Source: an uncultured Elusimicrobia bacterium
Lineage (GTDB): Bacteria > Elusimicrobiota > Elusimicrobia > JACQPE01
Length of the DNA: 22,317 nucleotides
Direction: 5' to 3'
NCBI GenBank assembly: GCA_964357255.1
Contig: CAYHKQ010000042.1
Span: 1 to 22,317, forward strand
In this document: piece after piece, positions 14,067 through 21,471 of the stretch
Layout: each line of letters begins with the position of its first letter
How positions within the stretch are numbered: position 1 is the first letter of the stretch
The notes under the pieces: generated by a model
Seen by the model: only the letters and a program-made list of their open reading frames with translations
What the model was told of the DNA's origin: nothing
Database searches by the model: none
Position numbers and translations under genes: made by a program

Positions 14067-17000
14067 ATGGTCAGAAAACTTATAGCTTGGTCGGCGCACA
14101 ACAAGTTCCTGGTGATGGCCTTGACGGCCGTTTCCATGGTGGCGGGCTGGTATTGCATGAAGAACATTCGGCTCGACGCGATTCCGGACCTCTCGGACAC
14201 GCAGGTCATCGTCTATTCCCGATGGGATCGCTCTCCCGACATCATCGAGGACCAGGTCACTTATCCGATTATCACCGCTCTCCTGGGAGCTCCGAAGGTC
14301 AAAGCTGTGCGCGGTTTTTCCGACTTCGGCTTCTCCTACGTCTACGTCATTTTCGAGGATGGCGCCGACATCTACTGGGCGCGTTCGCGCGTGCTGGAGT
14401 ACCTGAGCAAAATTCTGCCGCAGATGCCCGATGGTGTGCGCACCGAGCTTGGCCCTGACGCTACGGGCGTGGGCTGGGTTTACCAATACGCCCTTGTCGA
14501 CAAGACGGGCCGGCACAGCCTCGCCGACTTGAGATCCTTCCAGGATTGGACGTTACGCTATTACTTGCAGTCAGTTCCGGGAGTGGCCGAGATCGCTTCT
14601 ATCGGAGGCTTCCAGAAACAATATCAGGTGCAGGTTGACCCCAATGCGCTGGTCGCCTATCGCATCCCGCTCGGCCGAGTCGTTGACGCCATCCGCGACG
14701 GCAATAACGACGTTGGCGGACGGCTTGTCGAGTTCGCGGGCACGGAATACATGATCCGCGGCCGCGGCTACGCTAAGTCGGTCGAAGACATCGAGCAGAT
14801 CGTCGTCGGCCGCGACACGCGCGGCACGCCTGTCCTGGTCAAGAGCATAGCCAAGGTGACCTTGGGCCCTGATATCCGGCGTGGCATCGCTGATCTTGAC
14901 GGCGAGGGCGATGTTGTCGGAGGCATCGTGGTGATGCGCCATGGCGAGAACGCCCTCAACGTCATCAAAAGGGTCAAGGCGCGCCTCGATGAGGTCGGGC
15001 CCTCGTTGCCGGAAGGAGTCGAGATCGTCAAGACCTACGATCGCTCCGAGCTCATCGAAGGCGCCATTGCCACCTTAAAGGATGAGCTTTTTATGCAGAT
15101 GTTGTTGGTCAGCCTTGTCATCCTTGTTTTTCTCTGGCACATTCCCTCCGCGATTGTGCCGATCGTGACGATTCCGATTTCGACGGTGCTGGCCTTTATT
15201 CCTTTGTACTTCATGGGCGTGAGCGCCAACATCATGTCTATCTCAGGGATCATGCTGTCCATCGGCGTGCTCGTGGACGGCTCTATGGTGGAGGTGGAGA
15301 ATGCTTATAAGAAGCTACAACTTTGGGTCGCGGGAGGGCGCAAAGGCGATTTTCACGCCGTGCGCCTGGAGGCGTTGCAGGAGGTCGGGCCCGCGGTGTT
15401 TTACTCTCTAATGGTCGTGGCCGTCGCTTTCTTTCCGATTTTCGCGCTCGTGGACCAGGAGGGCAGGCTCTTTAAGCCGTTGGCCTACACAAAGAACCTG
15501 ACAATGCTCCTGGCGGCGTTTCTCGCCCTGACCCTGGATCCGGCTGTGCGCATGATGTTCTCGCGCATGAACTATTTTGTGTTCAAGCCGAATTGGCTCG
15601 CGTGGACCATCAACCAGATTACCGTCGGCCGCTATTACGCTGAGGAAAAGCACCCGATCAGCAAGGGTTTGTACCGCCTCTACGACCCCGTCTGCCGCTG
15701 GGTGTTGGAGCGGCCGTGGAAGGTGATTGGGGCCGCCGTACTCATCACCCTGGCAACCGTGCCGATTTACCTCAAGCTGGGTTCTGAGTTCATGCCTCCG
15801 CTCAACGAGGGCACGATTTTGTACATGCCGACGACCTTGCCGGGGATATCGGTCACTCAGGCCGCGGACTTGCTTAAGAAGCAGGATGAGATCCTTAAAA
15901 GCTTTCCGGAGGTGGAGCGGGTTTTCGGTAAGGCGGGCCGCGCCCAGACCTCGACCGACCCGGCCCCTTTTTCAATGATGGAGACCACCGTAATCCTCAA
16001 GCCAATGGACCAGTGGAGGAAAAAAGAACGGTGGTATTCCCTGTTCCCGGAGTTCTTCCAGAAGCCATTGCGGCGTGTCTGGTGGGACAGGCTCACCTGG
16101 GACGAACTGGTCGCCGAGATGGACAAGCGCATGAGGTTCCCGGGCGTGACCAACGCCTGGACCATGCCGATTAAGGCGCGCATTGATATGCTGACTACCG
16201 GAGTGCGCACACCCATTGGTATTAAGGTCTACGGGGCGGACCTAGCGCAGATCGAGGCGGTGGGGCAGGAGATCGAAGCGGTCCTTCGCGAGGTTCCGGG
16301 GACGCGCTCCGTCTATGCCGAGCGCACTGCGGGCGGCTATTTCGTTGACTTCCGGCTCAAGCGCGAACAGTTGGCGCGCTATGGTTTATCCGTCAAGGAG
16401 GTCGAGATGGTCATCATGTCAGCCATTGGCGGTGAAACAGTCACGACCACCATCGAAGGCCGAGGGCGCTATAGCGTCAACGTCCGCTACCCGCGCGAGC
16501 TCCGGGACAATCTCCCCAAGCTCAAGCGGGTGCTCGTGGCCACAATGGACGGCGCGCAGATTCCCCTGGCTCAGTTGGCCGACATCGAATTGACGATGGG
16601 CCCGGCGATGATCCGCAACGAGAATGGGATGCTGGCCGGTTACGTCTACGTGGACGTTGCCGGACGCGACATTGGAGGCTATGTCGAGGAAGCCAAGAAG
16701 AAGGTCGCTTCGGTGGTGGACCTTCCTGTCGGCTACGCCATTGGGTGGAGCGGCCAGTATGAAAACATGGTGCGCGTGCGCGAGCGCATGACCCTGGTCC
16801 TTCCTTTGACCCTGGTGATCATCGTCCTGCTCATGTACATGAACACCAAGTCCTGGATCAAGACGGGGATCGTAATGCTGGCGGTGCCATTTTCGCTCAT
16901 CGGCGCCTTCTGGGGGTTCTATCTCCTCGACTACAACCTCTCGGTGGCGGCCTGGGTGGGCATGATCGCGCTCATGGGCCTTGACGCTGAGACGGGCACC

Positions 17001-17357
17001 TTCATGTTGCTCTACCTCGATCTGGCCTACGCCGACGCGGTGCGCGAGGGCCGAATGCGCAACTACGAAGACTTAAAGGAGGCGGTGATGCACGGCGCGG
17101 TCCGGCGCATCCGCCCTAAGATGATGACGGTGTTCACCGATTTTCTCGGCCTGATGCCGATCATGTGGTCGCTCGGCACGGGGGCGGATCTCATGAAGCG
17201 CATTGCCGCGCCCATCATTTTTGGGCTGTTCACGAGTTTTGCGCTCGAGCTTGTGGTCTACCCGGCGATTTTTCTCCTCTGGAAGTGGCATGGCGATATG
17301 CGAAAGGGAACGGTGGACGTAAATCAACTTCCGGTCCCGGAGATTCGGGAGTATTGA
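14067..17357 (+). CDS. cusA: Heavy-metal efflux RND transporter of the CusA/CzcA family (HME-RND), 1,096 aa, with 12 TM helices.
   Basis: Length, TM pattern and conserved HME-RND blocks. The TM4 proton-relay block reads SIGVLVDGSMVEVEN (S-D-E). This matches the monovalent Cu/Ag type A-D-E more closely than the divalent D-D-E type. Confidence 0.93.
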   Translation: MVRKLIAWSAHNKFLVMALTAVSMVAGWYCMKNIRLDAIPDLSDTQVIVYSRWDRSPDIIEDQVTYPIITALLGAPKVKAVRGFSDFGFSYVYVIFEDGADIYWARSRVLEYLSKILPQMPDGVRTELGPDATGVGWVYQYALVDKTGRHSLADLRSFQDWTLRYYLQSVPGVAEIASIGGFQKQYQVQVDPNALVAYRIPLGRVVDAIRDGNNDVGGRLVEFAGTEYMIRGRGYAKSVEDIEQIVVGRDTRGTPVLVKSIAKVTLGPDIRRGIADLDGEGDVVGGIVVMRHGENALNVIKRVKARLDEVGPSLPEGVEIVKTYDRSELIEGAIATLKDELFMQMLLVSLVILVFLWHIPSAIVPIVTIPISTVLAFIPLYFMGVSANIMSISGIMLSIGVLVDGSMVEVENAYKKLQLWVAGGRKGDFHAVRLEALQEVGPAVFYSLMVVAVAFFPIFALVDQEGRLFKPLAYTKNLTMLLAAFLALTLDPAVRMMFSRMNYFVFKPNWLAWTINQITVGRYYAEEKHPISKGLYRLYDPVCRWVLERPWKVIGAAVLITLATVPIYLKLGSEFMPPLNEGTILYMPTTLPGISVTQAADLLKKQDEILKSFPEVERVFGKAGRAQTSTDPAPFSMMETTVILKPMDQWRKKERWYSLFPEFFQKPLRRVWWDRLTWDELVAEMDKRMRFPGVTNAWTMPIKARIDMLTTGVRTPIGIKVYGADLAQIEAVGQEIEAVLREVPGTRSVYAERTAGGYFVDFRLKREQLARYGLSVKEVEMVIMSAIGGETVTTTIEGRGRYSVNVRYPRELRDNLPKLKRVLVATMDGAQIPLAQLADIELTMGPAMIRNENGMLAGYVYVDVAGRDIGGYVEEAKKKVASVVDLPVGYAIGWSGQYENMVRVRERMTLVLPLTLVIIVLLMYMNTKSWIKTGIVMLAVPFSLIGAFWGFYLLDYNLSVAAWVGMIALMGLDAETGTFMLLYLDLAYADAVREGRMRNYEDLKEAVMHGAVRRIRPKMMTVFTDFLGLMPIMWSLGTGADLMKRIAAPIIFGLFTSFALELVVYPAIFLLWKWHGDMRKGTVDVNQLPVPEIREY

Positions 17358-17375
17358 TCATCATGGAAATGATCT

Positions 17376-18263
17376 ATGCCTTTTAAATTTAAGCGCGAAG
17401 AGATCCGTAGGAGGAATCACCGTCGTCCTTGGCATCCACGCAACGCCGCTGTGATGCTTGCCTTGTTGAGCGCGGGGTTGGGGCAGGCTTTTGCTGAACA
17501 GGCGCATCATCAGGCCGGCGCCGCTACGGTGCGGGCGGGTCAGTGGATCGCTCAGCCCTGGGAGACAGGCGAGGAACGTTTGCGCTGGCGCATATTCGGT
17601 TCATATTTGTCCTCCCAATCCCGATTCGACGCGCTCGGCGATCGAGTGGCGCTTGAGAATAACGGACGTTATTCTAACTTTGGACTGAACGCCTTTTTGG
17701 AGTATGCGTTGAACCCGCGTTGGAGCATTGCCGGACTGGCTCCGTTGCAATGGTCCAGGCTTTCGGATGACTTGAGCCGTGAGCGTTGGGTCAATGTCGG
17801 AGATACGTATGGCTGGGTCCGCCGCTCTATTGAAGGGAATGCGCGCTGGAGCGCCGGCGCGCTGGCTGGAATCAAGATTCCGGGAAATTACCGGCCGGGC
17901 GCCGCTACGGGGGACCGTCAAACGGACATGGAGGCTCAAGGGTTTTTGGGGCACGGTCTTGGCCGCGGCAGTTTCGCATCTTTAGGTTCCGGATATAGGG
18001 TCCGTTTCGGGAGTCCATCTGATGAAATTTTTTTTAACGCGCAGTTCGGCTGGAACCCCGGGAACGGATGGCTTCTCGTGCCGGCCGCCGCCGGCGCCCT
18101 GGGCGTCGGAGGGGGCGTTCCTAAAGACTTCCTTAATGCCGGGGTTACTATTTTTCGTTCCCTGCGGGGCCCATGGAGACTTCTAGGCTCCTATAATCGT
18201 GTTATTGCGGGCAAAAATACGGTGAGCGCCGGCGTCTGGGCGCTAGGAGTTTCATATCAATAG
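17376..18263 (+). CDS. Putative outer-membrane beta-barrel protein of 295 aa from the first ATG. The signal peptide is more plausible from Met27 at 17454 (MLALLSAGLGQAFA|EQAHH). It is Gly-rich with an alternating hydrophobic pattern. Family undetermined.
   Basis: Track ORF directly downstream of cusA with an 18-nt gap. The amphipathic beta-strand periodicity and the aromatic-rich C-terminal strand (VWALGVSYQ) suggest an outer-membrane barrel. An AGGAGG-like sequence at 17409..17414 lies between the two candidate starts. Confidence 0.5.
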   Translation: MPFKFKREEIRRRNHRRPWHPRNAAVMLALLSAGLGQAFAEQAHHQAGAATVRAGQWIAQPWETGEERLRWRIFGSYLSSQSRFDALGDRVALENNGRYSNFGLNAFLEYALNPRWSIAGLAPLQWSRLSDDLSRERWVNVGDTYGWVRRSIEGNARWSAGALAGIKIPGNYRPGAATGDRQTDMEAQGFLGHGLGRGSFASLGSGYRVRFGSPSDEIFFNAQFGWNPGNGWLLVPAAAGALGVGGGVPKDFLNAGVTIFRSLRGPWRLLGSYNRVIAGKNTVSAGVWALGVSYQ

Positions 18264-18297
18264 AGCTACCCATGTCGCACAGACCCGGGCGCCAACA

Positions 18298-19836
18298 ATG
18301 GCGGCTATGGCCATAGTCCTTTGGATAGCGCCAAGTGTCCTGATTTTTGCCCAGGAACACGCAGGGTTCCGCCATGGAGAGTCCGCAATGGCCAAGGTTC
18401 CTTCGCAACATTCTGACGATGAAATTGCGGCCAAAGAGTTTGGCTTGAATCTTGAAACCTGGAGCGGACTCACGCGCATGGGCCATGCCGTGGCAACCTG
18501 GAGGATGAAACCCATCCCGGAAAGGCGAATCATTCTTTTCGATTTTTCCTATCGTCGCTCGTTGGCCTTAAATAAAGCGCAAGAGTTATTGAAAGCCGGA
18601 GAAGATGCCGATTGCGAAGAGATCCGCTTTTTAAGGATTTATTTGGGAGATGGGGCCATGCGCCCGATACTTCTGAAACACGAAAAAAGCGAAGCCCATC
18701 TGGCGCATGAACACCCCGGCAAACCTCCGCTGGCCGGGGAAGGACAACGTCCCGCAGAGCCGGTAGTTAAGGATATTAAGCTCTGCCGCATCAACTGGGA
18801 CGGCCCAAAGGAGCCGACAATTCCTTCTCCTGTTCCGCTTCCTGGGGGAGGATTCGATTCTCACGAAGGCCATCGCGGTCATTCTTCGGGAGGCATCACT
18901 CGCGATCATGGGAATTCCAGGCACGAAGACCATCGTAGAGGTTCGGGAGGAGGTGGCCCATCGCAGGGTCATGAAAATTCTCATCGCCAAGGTTCCGCCG
19001 GCGGACCAGATGATGCTCGTCATGGCCCAGGCGCTTCTCGTTCTGAGGGCGCCCAGCATAACTCAAGCCACGGCCAATCTCTCAGCATCGCGCCTGCTAC
19101 GAGCGCCGGCGCTTCTCATGTTCACGCGGCTAAGGGGGGATCGAACGCGATGTCGAGTCCTCGGCATAACAGCGAGCCCGCTAGCCTTCATGGCGATCTG
19201 GCTCATCCCCAACCAGTTTATGGGCGCTCCTACGAAAGACCGGTTGCTGGTTTTTCAAAAAACCATGCCCATGTTCCATCGTTAATGAATTCTCCGGCTA
19301 AGGCCGGCCAAGAGGGAGATCATCGTTTGCATTCATCTTCTGATTACAGCGCTATTGTTGACCATGGAGTTCATCAAATATCGCATGAAGCAAGTTCGCC
19401 TCAAGGGAGTTTCCAGCGCCACGCGCGTCATTCTCAGGCAACTCAAGACCCTGGCCTTCCTCACCATGCCGTGGCTCATGGGACGCCAGATTCAAATTTT
19501 CCAAGCGCTGTCCATGAAAGCGTTTTTGGCCATCGTGCCGTAGATGACCATCAGGAACGTCACAAAAGCCTTGCGGCAAGGCAAACTAATGGCGCCCCTG
19601 CAGATATTGCCGCAAGCCACGTTCATCACAATGATCACTCAACCCACCAAAAGCAAGACATTGAACGCCCTGCCAAGGAAAACTTATCGCCAGGCTCGGA
19701 TGTTGATCAAAAGGGAAATATCCCTCCGTGGCCCTGGAAGGGGGCTGTCTTGTTTGCCTCTGTAGCCTATGCCGGAGCGCTTTGGAAGCGGCGTAAAGTA
19801 GGGCCGCAATTCAGAAATTCGCAAAGGAGGAAATGA
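18298..19836 (+). CDS. Histidine-rich protein of 512 aa. It has a hydrophobic N-terminal signal-like segment (AMAIVLWIAPSVLIFA|QE) and a roughly 150-aa globular N-domain. A roughly 300-aa Gly/Ser/His-rich low-complexity region follows. By my hand count it holds about 37 His, with no Cys and few Met. The C-terminal TM anchor (GAVLFASVAYAGALW) carries a basic tail (KRRK). Putative periplasmic, membrane-tethered metal-binding or metal-buffering protein.
   Basis: Track ORF with degenerate H-x-x-S-x-H / GH / HxH repeats. An alternative start at 18388 (ATG 7 nt after GGAGAG) would remove the signal segment. No recognisable enzyme motif. Confidence 0.7.
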   Translation: MAAMAIVLWIAPSVLIFAQEHAGFRHGESAMAKVPSQHSDDEIAAKEFGLNLETWSGLTRMGHAVATWRMKPIPERRIILFDFSYRRSLALNKAQELLKAGEDADCEEIRFLRIYLGDGAMRPILLKHEKSEAHLAHEHPGKPPLAGEGQRPAEPVVKDIKLCRINWDGPKEPTIPSPVPLPGGGFDSHEGHRGHSSGGITRDHGNSRHEDHRRGSGGGGPSQGHENSHRQGSAGGPDDARHGPGASRSEGAQHNSSHGQSLSIAPATSAGASHVHAAKGGSNAMSSPRHNSEPASLHGDLAHPQPVYGRSYERPVAGFSKNHAHVPSLMNSPAKAGQEGDHRLHSSSDYSAIVDHGVHQISHEASSPQGSFQRHARHSQATQDPGLPHHAVAHGTPDSNFPSAVHESVFGHRAVDDHQERHKSLAARQTNGAPADIAASHVHHNDHSTHQKQDIERPAKENLSPGSDVDQKGNIPPWPWKGAVLFASVAYAGALWKRRKVGPQFRNSQRRK

Positions 19837-19839
19837 CCT

Positions 19840-20214
19840 ATGTTCCAACTCATGAAATCAAAAACACTGCTTAGCGCAATGTTGTTAACGATGGCTCTGG
19901 GATTGGCGGCGATGGCCGCTAACGACTCATACAAGAAAAAGCCCGGCCATCACCCCGCATGCCCCATGAAAATAGAAGGGGCGGAAGTCCGCGTGGATAA
20001 TATTGAATCCGGCGTGGTGGTTCATATAACAGCCGAGGATCCGGCTGTCGTCAAAAACATTCAGGATACGGCTTCCCGAATGGTTCAACATCATTCCCAG
20101 AAAAAGGGAGGGGCTAAAAAGGAAATTTATTCCTGCCCCATGAATGACTACTCCGGATCCCAGACCAAAGATGGCCGTTGCCCTAAATGCGGCATGAATC
20201 TTGAGAAAAAGTAA
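19840..20214 (+). CDS. Small secreted protein of 124 aa with a standalone heavy-metal-binding domain. Signal peptide, N-terminal HHPACPM, and a C-terminal YSCPMNDYSGSQTKDGRCPKCGMNL (the same Y-x-CPM...G-x-CP-x-CGM-x-L motif as the CusB N-domain). Candidate periplasmic Cu(I)/Ag(I) metallochaperone.
   Basis: Motif identity with the adaptor metal-binding motif in 12671..14059. Signal peptide MFQLMKSKTLLSAMLLTMALGLAAMAA. It lies 4 nt after the His-rich gene. Confidence 0.7.
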   Translation: MFQLMKSKTLLSAMLLTMALGLAAMAANDSYKKKPGHHPACPMKIEGAEVRVDNIESGVVVHITAEDPAVVKNIQDTASRMVQHHSQKKGGAKKEIYSCPMNDYSGSQTKDGRCPKCGMNLEKK

Positions 20215-20257
20215 GAGCAGGGGGTTGTGATGAGAGGAAATAAATTGAAAGGAGCAA

Positions 20258-20449
20258 ATGACGATGAAAAAATGGAATAGACGCGGAGAAGCGAGCATAG
20301 GCATAATTCTCATCATGGGGGCCATGATGCTGGGCATGTTCTTGTTGCATAAGTTTAAAGGGAGTCGCTCAAGCGATCATTCTGATGGCAAGTCGGGCGC
20401 CGCCCAGGAGCCTGCGGAGCATAAGTCGAGCGAAGGGGGACACCATTAA
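20258..20449 (+). CDS. Small single-pass membrane protein of 63 aa with a charged, Ser/His-containing C-terminal tail ending HH.
   Basis: Strong Shine-Dalgarno sequence AAAGGAG about 6 nt upstream of the ATG. One TM helix (SIGIILIMGAMMLGMFLL). Last gene on this strand before a convergent gene. Confidence 0.45.
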   Translation: MTMKKWNRRGEASIGIILIMGAMMLGMFLLHKFKGSRSSDHSDGKSGAAQEPAEHKSSEGGHH

Positions 20450-20526
20450 TTTCATCGCCAACCCTTAAACGATTGCCATTTGAGCGGCTTGTTTTTTTGT
20501 CAGGAGAATTTTTTTGACGGCGCCGG

Positions 20527-21471
20527 CTATACGGATATGCCCCAGATGCTTTTGACGCCGAGGCCGATGACGTAGGTGACGCCTACGGCTGTGGCGAGGA
20601 TGACAAAATTGACCGCAATTCGGCGCTTGATGTTCATTCCGGAAAGGAACGCGAGGATGTAGGAGATCAGCGCCACCATGCAAGCCGAACTGGCCAAAGA
20701 CGCGAGGACGTTTTTGGCTCCCAAGAGCACCGGCATCACAGGGATTATCGCGCCGACAAGATAGCTCGCCCCGACTATCGCTCCCGTGGCAAGCGGGTTT
20801 TCGCCGTCGTCTTGAGGTTTCGCGTCGGGATCGAGGAAACGCTCTTTGGCGGCATCTATTCTTTTGACCTCGCGTTCCGAAGTGGCCGCGACAAAGGCTC
20901 CGGCCGCCATGGAAAACGCTCCGGCCGCCGCCACCGTCGAGCTCGCGATTAAAATTGCGGACGGTTCGTTGAAAGCCGCGAAAAATCCGCTCACAGCCCC
21001 GAGGATTTCTACTAAGCCGTCGTTTAAGCCGAGGAATATGCTTCTGATTCGTTCGGGATTAATTTTTCTTTGCGTTAACTGGGAGACGATTTGATCCTCG
21101 TGTTTGAGTTCGTCGGCAAGGATTTCTTTGACGGCTTCCCCAAGGGGGGCATTCTTGTTGGTTTCCCAGATGTCGAGGTACTTGCGGATTCCGTAAATTT
21201 CAATGGCTTCGAGAACCAAATGGATGCCGGTTGACCGGAACAATCGGCACGCCAAGACAAGAAGGCGCAGTTTGATGCGTTGCGGCATGTCCAGGTTTTT
21301 AACCTTGACGCCGGTAAAATTTTCCCAAAAGGCATGATGCTTTTGTTCGATCGGGATGAGTTCTTCGAGAATTTTGCGCGGCCCCGGGGCGCTGACCCTG
21401 GAGAGTTCTTTGTAGAGCGTCAGGTCGAACAGTTCGTCCGCGACGAGGCTATGGGCCAGTTTGGGATTCAT
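20527..21471 (-). CDS. mbfA: Ferritin-like (erythrin) - VIT1/CCC1 fusion protein of 314 aa. A membrane-bound ferritin-like Fe/Mn transporter of the MbfA type.
   Basis: The N-terminal four-helix ferritin-like region carries Glu/His ligand motifs (ADELFDLTLYKE...EQKHHAFWEN...LEAIEIYG...LADELKHED). The VIT1 signature is ERIRSIFLGLNDGLVEILGAVSGF, and a C-terminal TM bundle follows. The ATG overlaps the upstream gene's stop (ATGA at 21468..21471). Confidence 0.85.
   Translation of the reverse strand: MNPKLAHSLVADELFDLTLYKELSRVSAPGPRKILEELIPIEQKHHAFWENFTGVKVKNLDMPQRIKLRLLVLACRLFRSTGIHLVLEAIEIYGIRKYLDIWETNKNAPLGEAVKEILADELKHEDQIVSQLTQRKINPERIRSIFLGLNDGLVEILGAVSGFFAAFNEPSAILIASSTVAAAGAFSMAAGAFVAATSEREVKRIDAAKERFLDPDAKPQDDGENPLATGAIVGASYLVGAIIPVMPVLLGAKNVLASLASSACMVALISYILAFLSGMNIKRRIAVNFVILATAVGVTYVIGLGVKSIWGISV

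Noticed and set aside
14087-16593. Plus- and minus-strand ORFs of 75-123 aa nested inside cusA (for example 14087..14458, 14571..14942, 15857..16216).
   Set aside because: They are wholly inside a 1,096-codon, clearly homologous RND transporter gene. Alternative-frame ORFs are expected in GC-rich coding DNA.
18850-19650. Possible nucleotide-level tandem repeats or a CRISPR-like array underlying the His-rich region.
   Set aside because: The repeats are degenerate at protein level only (HxxSxH, GH). There are no exact DNA direct repeats with regular spacers. It is continuous coding low-complexity sequence.
20450-20526. Possible intrinsic terminators in the convergent gap between the 63-aa gene and mbfA.
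   Set aside because: Only a 3-4-bp stem (GCC...GGC) precedes the T-run, and the palindromic CGGCGCCG is followed by A's on the relevant strand. Both are too weak to call.
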